From an uncultured Candidatus Saccharibacteria bacterium (GTDB taxonomy: Bacteria; Patescibacteriota; Minisyncoccia; Phycocordibacterales; CSBR16-119): a DNA stretch of 58,843 nt. Positions 45,639 through 57,000 of the stretch are shown piece by piece. The translations under genes and the position numbers were made by a program. Under the pieces are notes generated by a model, which was not told the DNA's origin, made no database searches, and worked only from the letters and a program-made list of their open reading frames with translations. The stretch covers positions 124,482-183,324 of the forward strand of contig CAZLAD010000001.1 in assembly GCA_964557535.1 (NCBI GenBank), written 5' to 3'. Within the stretch, counting starts at the first letter, position 1. Every line of letters begins with the position of its first letter.

Positions 45639-47660
45639 TTAAGTAGAGACATCTCTCACTTCATTGATAATCTTTGATTCTATATGCTCCAAATCTTTCA
45701 AGATTCTTGATTCTGTGGCAATTTCTTCGTCTGTAAGCCCTCTGCCTTCTTTTAGTTTTTTGAATATTTCTTTCTCTTTCTCTATATCACTATGAAGCAA
45801 TCTAAATCCATTTCGGATTGCTTCTTCTGCTTCGCGTACTTCTTTTATAAAATCTTGCTCTTTTTTCTTTGTTTCTCTATGGAAGTGAAGGATGTATGCC
45901 AAGAGACCAACGGTCACGACAACAAAGAATATAAACAAGATGAGATAAATCGTTCGAAAACTGAGTCTCGATCCGCCAATTTGAAGCGCTGTCTCTTCCA
46001 CGATAACACGCTCTTGGGCAGATGGAGGACTAACGAACTCGGCAAATGACGCTTGTGACCAAATAAGGTATTCCCCACCATTAAGGAAACCATCGTGTCG
46101 ATAGAACCACTCGCCCTTGTTGTCTGCTGTAACAACCCGGCTTTGTGTTTCGTTAGTTTTTTCGTTTTGTATATAGATAGTAACCGTTGATTCTCCAATG
46201 TCTACCTCACCACCGACATAAAAAATCTCTTCATTAGAAATATTATTAGATATTGCGGTAATAATAGGCGGAGTGAAGGTAACATCTTCTGCAAAAACAA
46301 TACTCGAAGAAAAAACGAACGAAGAAAACACTAAAAGGAAAAAGAGTGAAATATTTCCATACTTACTTCTGTATTTTTTAAGTTCCTCAAGCTGATCTTT
46401 TAATTTTTCAGAAACATCATATTTCCCCTTTCGATGATGAAGAGTATCGTGTCGTCTTTTAATGTAAACAAAAAGAATCGTAAGTGCAGCAATGACAAAC
46501 GCTATAATACCGATAAAAACTTGCCACGACACAAAGAAAGAATTTCCCAACTTTATCCCTTCAACAGAGGCAAAGCTAAAAACTTTACCGTAGAGAACCA
46601 TTTTTTCTGTAATATCTTTGAAATTTCCAGCCTGATCATAAGCTCGTACAACGACATCATATGAGCCAAGATCTAGGTTTTCCAAAATAAATGGACTTTG
46701 AGCTTCAATAAAGAATGGCTGATTACCCTCTACCAAGGAGGCGTTTTCTGATAACGGGATAATCTTTATTTCGTAATGATCGAGTCCGGAAAGTTGGTCA
46801 CTGGTACCAAATTTTATAATCGGTTTTGTCGAAGAGGTTTTACTAGAAGGTAGGATATCAACCTTAAAATCCGCCGGTGGTGTAGCGTCGATATAGGAAG
46901 CGAAATGTGTTTCCCCGCCCCAGATGCCATCACGCAAAGCTTTTATATGAAAATAGTACTGACCGTCTGATAAATCTTTGTAAGAAATAAATCGCTGAAT
47001 ACCCTCAGAAATATCGTCTATAACACTGACTGGCTCTTTGTTTAAAACATAACTATATCCAGAAACATTTTCTTCGTTTGCCCAACGCAAAACAAGATTA
47101 TTTTTAGAATACCATTTTGATTGTTCTGGATGAGTTTCGGAAACAACAATCGGACCAGCTGGTGGTGGAAGCTTGAGTTCAAATGAGGCGTTTACTTTAT
47201 TGGTCAAAACATCTGTTCCTAAACCATCATTAAGTAAGACCCTTGAAGCATCTTGGAACTTCACAATCGCAGAACCGACTGATTTCACTCGAAATGTGAG
47301 TGTGGCGACCATAGCACCAGAAAGATTTACGCCACCAGGAATTCCACCCTGAAGAGTAATCGTTCCTGTTTGATTATTAAACTTAGGCTGACTAGTCCAG
47401 ACCGAGATAATCGACTGGGATGTTTTTGGAGAGACGAGTTGCAATTTTTCCGGCGGAAATTTCAGCTCGACATCGATTGCATTAATTGATTCTCCTTCGG
47501 TATCAAGCATTATTGAAATATCAAATGTCGAATCTACATCAAAAGATGCTGTACTTGGTGTGATTTTAAGCTTGGCAGCAAACGTGGTGCCGGAAAAACC
47601 GAAAAATAAAAACAGAGTCAAAAAAACAAAAAATATATATTTATTAGAAATACCACCCAT
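45639..47660 (-). CDS. cohesin-like domain membrane protein (673 aa, 3 TM, Ig/FN3-like ectodomains)
   Basis: Signal peptide, then ITPSTASFDVDSTFDISIMLDTEGESINAIDVELKFPPEKLQLV...GTITLQGGIPGG...ATLTFRVKSVGSA...LLNDGLGTD (cohesin-type pattern). Internal TM helices and a cytoplasmic coiled tail follow. Confidence 0.7.
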   Translation of the reverse strand: MGGISNKYIFFVFLTLFLFFGFSGTTFAAKLKITPSTASFDVDSTFDISIMLDTEGESINAIDVELKFPPEKLQLVSPKTSQSIISVWTSQPKFNNQTGTITLQGGIPGGVNLSGAMVATLTFRVKSVGSAIVKFQDASRVLLNDGLGTDVLTNKVNASFELKLPPPAGPIVVSETHPEQSKWYSKNNLVLRWANEENVSGYSYVLNKEPVSVIDDISEGIQRFISYKDLSDGQYYFHIKALRDGIWGGETHFASYIDATPPADFKVDILPSSKTSSTKPIIKFGTSDQLSGLDHYEIKIIPLSENASLVEGNQPFFIEAQSPFILENLDLGSYDVVVRAYDQAGNFKDITEKMVLYGKVFSFASVEGIKLGNSFFVSWQVFIGIIAFVIAALTILFVYIKRRHDTLHHRKGKYDVSEKLKDQLEELKKYRSKYGNISLFFLLVFSSFVFSSSIVFAEDVTFTPPIITAISNNISNEEIFYVGGEVDIGESTVTIYIQNEKTNETQSRVVTADNKGEWFYRHDGFLNGGEYLIWSQASFAEFVSPPSAQERVIVEETALQIGGSRLSFRTIYLILFIFFVVVTVGLLAYILHFHRETKKKEQDFIKEVREAEEAIRNGFRLLHSDIEKEKEIFKKLKEGRGLTDEEIATESRILKDLEHIESKIINEVRDVST

Positions 47661-47662
47661 AA

Positions 47663-48580
47663 TTATTTTTTCTTGTGAAGATATTCAATGAGTTTTGATA
47701 AGCCGAATACCAAAACCACTAAACCTATAATTATTATAGCAATTTTGTAAGCTTTATTGATGAAACTATCCCCAGAAGCGTCAAGAGTCGGAATAATTTC
47801 AATAATGTTTTCGTTACCCGCAAAATCAACAGACTTCACGTAAATAAAACTCTTCAACTTTTGATCTTTCAAGATGGCAGGATTTTCTATCTCTCGCCAT
47901 TTTATTTCTTCGTTACCATAGAGTGTATCGAGTGGTAGTTGAATTTTCGATTCGAGCATATAAAATGATTCAACCCCTGAATCTGAATCTTCTGCACTAA
48001 ATGCTAAGAAATATTTACTATCAAAAGCCTTGTCGGTCTTTATAATACTTGCAACAAAGTTTTCTGGTGAAGACGCGTCACTAAGAATATCTTTAATTCT
48101 CCAAATTTTAGTATTATTCTTCTTCGGTAAAATATTAACGGAAGTATTGGTCATTGTAACCACATCACTCGTACCAGAACCATCGTTTAACAAGACCTTT
48201 ATATTGGTTAGACCGATAGATGCCCGACCTTCTCTGAGTGTTTTAAAGAAAAGTGTCACAACTTTACCGTTTGTGCCACGAAAACCTCCGGGGATAAGCC
48301 CTGAGAATTCAACCCTTCCAGAAGATGATTTGGGCTTAATACCCTTCAACCAATATTTCACAATGGAATCGCCCGTCTTGGGAGCTTCAAGAGAAACAAA
48401 TGTTGGATCAAATGTAATAGTACCGGAAATAGCATTTATTGGCTTGTCGGCTGTTATGAGAATAGTTGTTTGAATATACTCTCCCAAAGCAACATCTTTT
48501 GCTGGACTAAAAAAGACATCCGACGCCAAAGCGGTGTTAGCGACCAGAAATATTGTAAGGATTAAAAATAGGTGCTTCAT
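47663..48580 (-). CDS. cohesin-like domain protein with C-terminal TM anchor (305 aa)
   Basis: FFSPAKDVALGEYIQTTILITADKPINAISGTITFDPTFVSLE...GRVEFSGLIPGG...VTLFFKTLREGRA...LLNDGSGTSD parallels the N-domain of the previous gene. C-terminal TM segment. Confidence 0.7.
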   Translation of the reverse strand: MKHLFLILTIFLVANTALASDVFFSPAKDVALGEYIQTTILITADKPINAISGTITFDPTFVSLEAPKTGDSIVKYWLKGIKPKSSSGRVEFSGLIPGGFRGTNGKVVTLFFKTLREGRASIGLTNIKVLLNDGSGTSDVVTMTNTSVNILPKKNNTKIWRIKDILSDASSPENFVASIIKTDKAFDSKYFLAFSAEDSDSGVESFYMLESKIQLPLDTLYGNEEIKWREIENPAILKDQKLKSFIYVKSVDFAGNENIIEIIPTLDASGDSFINKAYKIAIIIIGLVVLVFGLSKLIEYLHKKK

Positions 48581-48583
48581 AGA

Positions 48584-49378
48584 CTAAATATCTGTCCAAT
48601 ACGACATCATAATACTAAAATCAACTATATCGATTATACCATCCTTGTTGAGATCAAATTCTTCTGGGAATCCATCTCTTTCAAACCAATAAATAAGCAC
48701 GGAAAAATCAATCAAATCAACACGTGTATCTTGATTGAGATCTACTTTTATCCCATCTCCACTAATTGGTGTAAACTCAAAATGGACAGGAACAGTCTGA
48801 TAAGATCCGCTACCACCACTACCGCTCGAACTTCCGCCACCGCCAGGACCCGAAGGTGTGACCGAGACTTCGTTTGAAGTTGCAGTCGGATCTCCTAGAG
48901 CATCGAGTGCGCGAACTACGAAGTAATACGTGGTGCCATTTGTAAGCCCGGTTACTGTATCGAGCAAAACATTCCCCACATTGGTATACGTATATCCTGA
49001 ACCAGAGGTTGTTGACTGACCGATTTCATACCCAGAAATATTTAAACCAAGCGAACCAACAGATGCCGTCCATGAGAGATCAGCTTCGGTGTCACCAGAA
49101 ACCCCGCTCAAAACTGGATTAGAAACGGTCGCAAAATATAAAAATCCCGCCAAATCAGTGAAATTTGTACTGGAACTCTCTCCAATCACTGTCTGGGCAA
49201 TACTAGAAAAATATTTAAAACTCGAAGAAGAAGAAAATCCTCCAGCCGGTGCAATTACCGGATCACGCAAGATAAAACTTGAACTCGTGTAATCTTCGGC
49301 AAGAGTAACTAACGGTGAAAAGACGACAGAAAAAATCGTCAGGAATAACCCCAAAAAGAAAGAAGAAGGAATCTTCAT
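48584..49378 (-). CDS. secreted FN3-domain protein with C-terminal type I dockerin-like duplicated Ca-binding repeats
   Basis: Signal peptide and an FN3-like segment (ADLSWTASVG...GYEIGQSTT...GTTYYFVVRALD). The C-terminus has DLNQDTRVDLIDFSVLIYWF and DLNKDGIIDIVDFSIMMSYW (two DxNxDGxIDxxDF segments). Confidence 0.75.
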   Translation of the reverse strand: MKIPSSFFLGLFLTIFSVVFSPLVTLAEDYTSSSFILRDPVIAPAGGFSSSSSFKYFSSIAQTVIGESSSTNFTDLAGFLYFATVSNPVLSGVSGDTEADLSWTASVGSLGLNISGYEIGQSTTSGSGYTYTNVGNVLLDTVTGLTNGTTYYFVVRALDALGDPTATSNEVSVTPSGPGGGGSSSGSGGSGSYQTVPVHFEFTPISGDGIKVDLNQDTRVDLIDFSVLIYWFERDGFPEEFDLNKDGIIDIVDFSIMMSYWTDI

Positions 49379-49455
49379 AGGGCTATTTTAACACAAAAAT
49401 AAAATACCGACTTAAAATAATTAACACAAATACGTGCTGGATTGAGTCTTGATAT

Positions 49456-49499
49456 AGCCAAAGTAAAATCCCTCATTTTTGAGGGATTTTACTTTGGCT
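49456..49499 (-). terminator. 19-bp perfect hairpin (conserved-arm family, copy 3)
   Basis: agccaaagtaaaatccctc-attttt-gagggattttactttggct, 6 nt downstream of ORF 49505-49993. Confidence 0.5.
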
Positions 49500-49504
49500 C
49501 TAGG

Positions 49505-49993
49505 TTAGTTTCCTGTTGAAGTATCTGTTGTAGTAGATTCTGTTGCCTGAACTTGTACTGGGGCTGGTTTTGGAGCTGTTTGTTTTGTTTTTGTTGAATC
49601 GCCAATGTTGATTGGGGCAACTTCAATAATTTTATTTGCGACTGGATCAAAAAGGATGGCTTTCTTTGCTCCAGTATAAATCAAAACCTTGTTACCATTT
49701 TGAGCTTTGGCGAAAAATGGTTGATCTTTCAATTTTTCAATATCAGAAACAGTGGCAACCGTTGGTTGTTCATCTGTTGGCAACACGATGAGTTTTGAAA
49801 CTTGAGATACCAATCTATCAACTTCGGCTTGTGCTTCTTTGGTCGGATCAGCCTTGAGGGCTGAATATTGAGTATAAAGATAACCAACGGCTGCAACAAG
49901 AACAATTATAAGACCGATAAGCAATCTGTTTGCGCCTGAAATTTTTTTCATCATTGGACGAGTCGCTGAATTTGTTGTATTTTCACCTGCCAT
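49505..49993 (-). CDS. membrane-anchored hypothetical protein
   Basis: TM anchor (LLIGLIIVLVAAVGYLY), a small ectodomain and a T/P/Q-rich tail. Confidence 0.6.
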   Translation of the reverse strand: MAGENTTNSATRPMMKKISGANRLLIGLIIVLVAAVGYLYTQYSALKADPTKEAQAEVDRLVSQVSKLIVLPTDEQPTVATVSDIEKLKDQPFFAKAQNGNKVLIYTGAKKAILFDPVANKIIEVAPINIGDSTKTKQTAPKPAPVQVQATESTTTDTSTGN

Positions 49994-50085
49994 ATGTAAA
50001 TTTTGTTATTACTAATTCTTATAATCTAATGGGTACATTATAGACCTTGGTAAATCTATTGCAAGTTAAAAGAAAACCACCGTCA

Positions 50086-51081
50086 TTATTTACTAATTTG
50101 ATCGTACACGAACTTTGACAATTCCCGAATAGAGTTCTCCTGGGCCAAAAAATCAGTTCCTCTTGTCATAATGCAAAGAATATATGGTTTTTCTGGATAG
50201 TAAATAATTCCACAATCATGAAGTTGTGTTTGTTTTTCATCTCCGTTTTCGACAAACGAACGCTCACCAAACTTATGAGCAACAACGATATTGCTTGGAA
50301 CCCCTGCAACAATGCCATTTTTATATTCGGACACAGAGAGAATTTCAAGAGCAAGTTCAGACATTTCACGATTAAGATATGAGGCATTATAGAGAATACG
50401 GAAAAATCCAGCATAATCTTTGACTCGTACAATCGGCTCTGTTTTTGTATCAATAAATGGAACACCGATTGCCGAGAAAATATTTTTTATCTGTTTTGGA
50501 TCTGTGTGGTTCAAGATCGTCTGAGCAGCTATGTTGTCTGATCTCGTAATCATCGAATCTAAAATTTCTAAATATGAATATTCCTCTCCCACGACAACGG
50601 TACCCGAAGATGGTATATTTTGTTGAACCTTTATATCATCTTTTATACTGATGGTTTCTTTTTGATTCAATACTTCTACTTCTGATTCAATGCTTTTCAA
50701 AAAGGCCATCATGGTTGGGACCTTCAGTAAACTTGCTGGGTAAAACTCCTCTTTCTCTTCAATACCAATCCACTGCCCGTTGTTTAAGTCTCGGTAGTAG
50801 AGCGATATGTGATTTACACCATCCTCCCTTAATTCATCAACTTTTTTATTAATAAGACCGATTGGAATAGCTGTTTCACTCCCCGATACCAAATTTTCAT
50901 AATCAAGTATTGGGTTTGTTAATTTGTAAGTATTGTTAACATCTCGAGCGATAGATCCGGCGCTCACACTTTGTTCCCTTTTCCCAGAAAAAAGAAGCAC
51001 TCCAATAATACAAATAAGAACAATATTTATAATAAATAATATTTTTTTATCAGGAATTTTGATTTGCATTCGAATTTTCAT
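50086..51081 (-). CDS. beta-lactamase-fold (class A-like) serine hydrolase, membrane anchored
   Basis: SxxK (ASLLKV), SDN (RSDNIAA) and a KTG-like HKFGE motif. The ATG overlaps the giant gene's stop (TAATG). Confidence 0.65.
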   Translation of the reverse strand: MKIRMQIKIPDKKILFIINIVLICIIGVLLFSGKREQSVSAGSIARDVNNTYKLTNPILDYENLVSGSETAIPIGLINKKVDELREDGVNHISLYYRDLNNGQWIGIEEKEEFYPASLLKVPTMMAFLKSIESEVEVLNQKETISIKDDIKVQQNIPSSGTVVVGEEYSYLEILDSMITRSDNIAAQTILNHTDPKQIKNIFSAIGVPFIDTKTEPIVRVKDYAGFFRILYNASYLNREMSELALEILSVSEYKNGIVAGVPSNIVVAHKFGERSFVENGDEKQTQLHDCGIIYYPEKPYILCIMTRGTDFLAQENSIRELSKFVYDQISK

Positions 51082-54000
51082 TATAGTTCAGTCCCATCTG
51101 TCGAGCCAGAGCCCTCGTCACCACCATCGCTTGTTTGGTCACCGCCCGATGGTTCGCCATCCGAAATATCCTCTCCTCCACCATTTCCTTCGGTAGTAAC
51201 GTCAGAACCCGTATCTCCTCCACTATCCCCCTCTCCTTCTACCACCACTTCTTCCCCGCTTCCATCTTCAACAACCCCATCTTCCATTCCACCCTGATCA
51301 TCAACATCTGGTTCTGGCTCTGGTTGTGGTTCAGGCTCGGGCTCTGGTTCTGGAGCAGGTTCAGGTTCTGGAGCGGGGTCTGGCAAAGGCTCTGGTTCTG
51401 GAACAGGATCTGGAACTATTTCATCACCCGTCGGCACACCTTCGGTTGTTATAGCCCCGTTCACCGCAAGCGCAATCCATGAGAATTTAATATCCTCTGT
51501 AGCAGGCTGATTGAGAAGGATGGTAAATCCATTGACACTTTTTCTGGTGACTAGATAATTAATTCCTGAACTAAAGAATGCATCTTCGATGGTTGTATCT
51601 CCCAACACTTCACCTTCAACTGATTCCAAAGATATGTCGGCGCTGATGACTGGCTGTGTCAGATACGGTGTTGTGAAGACAATATCAACTTTCTTGGCTC
51701 CTTGTTTGATGACGGCAAATCCTGCGGTGTCGGAGTTAAAGTATGGTCGTCCGAAAAATACAACATCGTTCATCATATTGATCGCGGTGCCAAATGAGCT
51801 GATTGAATCGACAGTCAAACCTTCTGTATAAACTGACGGTGCAATAATCTCGACAGCGGCGGCAACTTTGTCCGTAAAGATACTTTGAAGTTCTGTGTCT
51901 TCATCGTATGTTGCTTTTGTGGCCTTGAGGAACGCCATGATTTCTTTTTCTGTCTTGATTGGATCATCGGCCAAGATTTCAGTTTCGAGTCCGCCAATAT
52001 CTAGATTTTCAAACTCACCATCAACATATTTTTGTGCGAGTTTATCTATATTTTCACCAAGCGAATCTGACAGTCCAACAAACACCATCGCATACCCGCA
52101 CAATTCTTCATCGCTATCTTCGTCAATATCAGATCCTTGAGAATCATTCACACTATCTTCTTCAAGATCACCCTCTCCAGCATCACTAGACACAACTCCT
52201 GGGCCATCACCTATTGCTTCGTCCAAATTTTCTGGAAGTGGAGCATCACACGAGTTCATAATTTCTGGCTCATTCAGCACTGTTCCAATAACAGCACCAG
52301 CTTTTGTGGCTTTCATCGCATAACCAAACTTACTCGATGATGTAAGTTTATCTCCAACATGAATCATGCCATTTTGGTTCGTAACTTTTACAGGAATTCG
52401 TCCAGCGAGGGCAACAGCATAAGCATTTGGAGCTGAAGCACCGATGGTTAGGGCAGGCTGTGTAGATACTACGCCGAGTAAATTCGTTTGATATGGAAGC
52501 ACTGACTGACTAATACCAGCTGGCTGGTCTGGCTGAATCGCCACGACATCTCCTGGCTCAAGTACACTATTTGAATAATAGTATTCGGCAAGGTCAGCAG
52601 ATCCGACGGCCCCAAATTCTAGACCTGAAGCCTGCATACCGTCGGCAATAAGCTCAGCACGGATGAGATTGATATTTCCGGCCAAGAAATCAAGCTCCTG
52701 TTGAACGTCTTTGTCTGGCATTTCTATCCACGTAGCAGCAGCAGAGCCCGTCGCGAGAATTCCTGATCTGACATCAATTGCTTGCATATCGTCATAATCA
52801 GTTCCTGTCCACTCTGAACCAGAATTGTCTGTTTTTTCACTATCTCCATGATAGACATCGCTTACAAAACTGTTTCCGAATCCTCCGAACACTGTCATAC
52901 CTCCGCCATCAGATCCTTGATCCGTACCAACATACAAACTCTGAGTTCTGCCCATAAATGGTTCTGTTGTTGCACCAACAGAAGAAACAATATTTGATGA
53001 ACCATAGAGAAATTCTGGCTTGATGGCAAAATCAGAGTCAGTTGATGGTGTGCTACTCCACGCAGGGCTGACCGTAAGAGTTGTTGCGGTATTTGAAGAA
53101 ACCCTGCGAGTTTGCCCCGCACCCGTACCGCTTGTAATCTCAACAATTTGACCGACGAATTCATTTGGAATCCAAGATTCTCCAGAATCAACAATCGTTG
53201 TTGAGGTTGCAGAGGTTGCATCACTAACCGCGATTGTTTTATGCTTCATTGCTTCAAGACCAGCAAGATATATCTTTCTTACTTGTGCTTGGTTTAATGT
53301 ATCAGTTGTTGTGGCACCTCCCATCGCAAAAACTAATTCATCCATGTCTCCATTGAAGAATTCCGCGGCTGTGGCACAGTTGGCAGAATTACACTTAGCA
53401 CCAACAGCAAGCATACTTTCAGCTGTTTCAAGAGTGGCTGTAGAAGATACACCTGTATCGGAAGCGACGAGCTTACCATCAACATAGAGGAAGAGACCAA
53501 CCGCCGCGTTTGCTCGCTGGAAGAACACATGGTGCCATTGGCTATCATCATAATCGTCTGTTGAACTTCCTGTATCTTCCGGGAATGTCGAGGTGTCATC
53601 GTCGACGCCAAACGCAACCTGGCCTGTGGTTGTAAGCCAAATTCTCCATCCAGAACCAGCTGTTCCAGCAGCAATCATCGTCTTGTCTACAAGTGTTTGA
53701 AGCGCGGAAACAGTTCCATTCGTCTTGAACCAAAATGATACGTGAAATGCCGTTGTTGTGCTTCTGAAATCTGTTTCAACGTCACAGGTACCATCATTGT
53801 TAACATCAGAACAAAGATAATCTGCAGACCCGTCAAATCGAAGACCATACCCACGAACACCATTCACGCCATATGTCGGTGCATTTTCTGGCTCCAAGAC
53901 ATTGTTTGTAAGCGCTGCATCAGTAAGATCTCCCGATGTATCTTCAAATTCATACATTCCTTTGTTCGTCGCTGCCATGTAATCTGTCTGCATTGCATTC

Positions 54001-57000
54001 GTATAAAACTTTGACCACGGCTGAACGGTTGCGGCAGAAACTCCATTCGTGTCGTGAATCTCTGTAAGACCGAGAGAGTGTCCAATATACAAAACATCTC
54101 CACGTCCCGTCGCCACCGTATCGACTTCGGCATAGGAACACTGTTCGCATACTTCAAGAGCATCCGGGGCGTTTGTGGCAATCGTCGGCGCTGATTTCCA
54201 AAGTGATGCTGGTCGTGTTGCTCCGTCAAAGAATTTTGATGCGGTGGTGACATCGGCCACCGACGTATCGACTGTGTTATTACCCGTGGTAATAAGACCA
54301 AAGCGATCTACCGATGAGTCTGTGGAATTAAGTCCGAAAAGTCGTCCACGTCTAGTCAAATAAACGGATTGATAGTTATCAGTTATAGCGCCACGACCGA
54401 AATCGTATGTGACTTGTTGAGCTGTATTTACCACCGATATACCGTCGTCTGTTGCAGCCACAGCAAATGTCACACCGTTTAATGGTCCTCCGTTTGTAAG
54501 CACGTTTGATCCTCCTTGAATAGTTGCAGCATGAACATCGTTCACCAAGTTACTATTCAAAGCCATGTTGGTCTTGGAATTTACGTTATAGGTAACCGTA
54601 GAATTTCTACCTGATATCGCTACATCTGCTTGACTGGCATTCGTGGTATTGTATCTAATCATCTTGTCCCCCGGGAAATCAAAGGCATACATTCCTGTTC
54701 CTGAAGATCCGTTGGTACCAACATAAATGATACCGTTTTGTGCAAATACCGATGACGGATTATTGTTTGAATCTGCACCCAAAGCACCCGTCGAAGCTTG
54801 TGTAAATTTCATCCATAGGTTATTTGAGTTAGCGTCAAAAATATAGAGTGCGTCGTTTGTCGCAGTAAGAATTGCTTTCTTAGGAAACGCTGATGTTCCG
54901 CAACGATCATCCGATGAAATATTACAAGCATCTCCCGCACCATCGTCTTTTGACTCTGTATACCAAGACACGACTTGTGATTTTGATGAATTTGTCCACG
55001 CACCACCATCAGTATCTCGTGCAGTGTCGTAAACAAAGACATCGTTTACATTTGAAATTGCGGTCTGGTCTATATAACCCTTTCTTACGATACTTCCATA
55101 AACATCCAGGTCGCCTCTACTTGCAGTACTTCCAACCGCAAGAAGTGTGCCCACCCCTGATGTGCCGTCAACGATAGAGAGTGTTCCTCTGTCAGTGAGT
55201 TGGAAGGTCACACTTGCATCTGCAAATTCGATGTCGCTATCAAAACCGGTTCCAATATAAAGTCCTGTCTCTGTTGCCGCTGTCGGCGTAATATTGTTGA
55301 GCGTAAGTCCTCGTAAAACATCGCCCGCAGCAGTACCACCGTTGGTGAGGGTGATATCGAGAGCACTGTTGGTATTGTCTGACCCATCTCCTGTGACAAA
55401 GTTTATCGCAAGCCCATCAACACCCGCTGTCGTCGTACCAAATCCCGCATTTGTGAGAGCTATTTGATCAACTGTTGGTGCAGCCGTTGCTGTAGCTTGG
55501 AAGTTTGTTCCTGCCGCCATATTAAGGATAAAATCTGATCCAGCGGTTGGTGCAAACGTGATAACTCCCGCATCGCTAAATGTCGCAATGTCTGTTGATC
55601 CGTCACGGATAGCAAAATCTCCAGAAGAATCCATGTCGATCGTAAATGCATTTGTGCCAAGGTTTATGTCGGTAGCTTCGTCGATATCTAAACTATTTTC
55701 AAGATCGATAAAATCAAGAGAGTCTGCGCTAATAGATCCTCCTCCACAAGAACCCCATTTGAAATCTCCTCCGCCAGAAGTTTCGTATTGTAGACATTCT
55801 CCATCTGCAGCCGCGCCATCTTCGGTGGCATAATCAAGATCAGCGGCAGCAATCGTACCGTCAAGAATTTCTGTGGTAGTCACCGCACCGGAGTCTATAT
55901 TCCACGTTGTACCAGAACCAGACACGGTTATATCTCCATAGTCAGCATCAGCTAAAGAGCCTGTACTGTCTGTCGAACAATCCCATGTATCAGTATCTTC
56001 TTCCCATTTCAAAATTCCTGCATCAGAACAACCCTGAAGAAGTGTGAGTCCATCTCCCTCTGTTTCAAGACCTGTTGCAGATGTTGTAATACCAACACCA
56101 TTACCTCCACCAAACAACGTTATCGAATCTGCATCAATAAATCCTGTTCCAAGAGTAAGTGCCACATCACTTGAACCAACGGTGATCGTTCCACCAACAT
56201 CAATATTTCCTGATGAACCAACAACGTCAAAGTTTGTGTAGTTTATATCGCCAGTTGAACCAGAAAGTGTTTGAGTTCCCATGGCAATAGTTCCACCAGC
56301 AGTGAAGGCGCCCAGTGTATCAGTTGAGTTATCAAAAGTAATTCCGCCATTGGCAGCAACAGCCGCTGTAAATGTCGCGCCGGCACCAGTAAATGCAGTC
56401 GTGGCAACTGTACCAATTGTTCCAGAAGTGGTGATTGCGTCCGCCCCAACATCAATCGCACCAAAGCCTGAAGTAATTGATCCAGCGTTAAGTGCCCCAA
56501 CAGTTGTCACATTTGAAAGAGTATCAAGCGCAGTTTCGATGTTTGATTCTGTCGTCGCATCAACAGTAAGACCTCCAGAAGTTGCAAGTACCCCAGTGAC
56601 AGTCACATCATTTGAGAATGTTACAATTCCATTTCCAAACGTTATCGTCGTATCTGTGCCAGAAACGTCAAATGTCCAAACGTTTGAGGCATTGGCACCA
56701 TCAGACCAAGTAGTGCTGTCGACTGTTGTAGAGTCAAAGCCCCCTCCTCCTGTGACATCCGCTTCACAATTCCAGTCATCGTCTGTCTCATCCCATTTCA
56801 ATATTTCATTGTCAGCACAACCCTGAAGAAGGGTCAACTGACCAGATTCAAATTCAAGTCCAGATGCTGATGAAGCAGTACCAACGCCATTTTCTGTAGA
56901 AGTTTTTAAATCAACCGCCACATCGTCACCAGTAAGCACCGTTCCGTCTCCGGCTGTTAAGTTAATATCATCAGAGACATCGAGTCCTGCGACATTACTC

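Noticed and set aside
51300-51430. Highly periodic ggttc(t/a)gg... DNA that looked like a tandem repeat or spacer-less array
   Set aside because: It is in frame within the giant ORF and encodes the (PE)n / PEPEPAPEPEP linker. It is a coding low-complexity repeat, not a CRISPR array or satellite.
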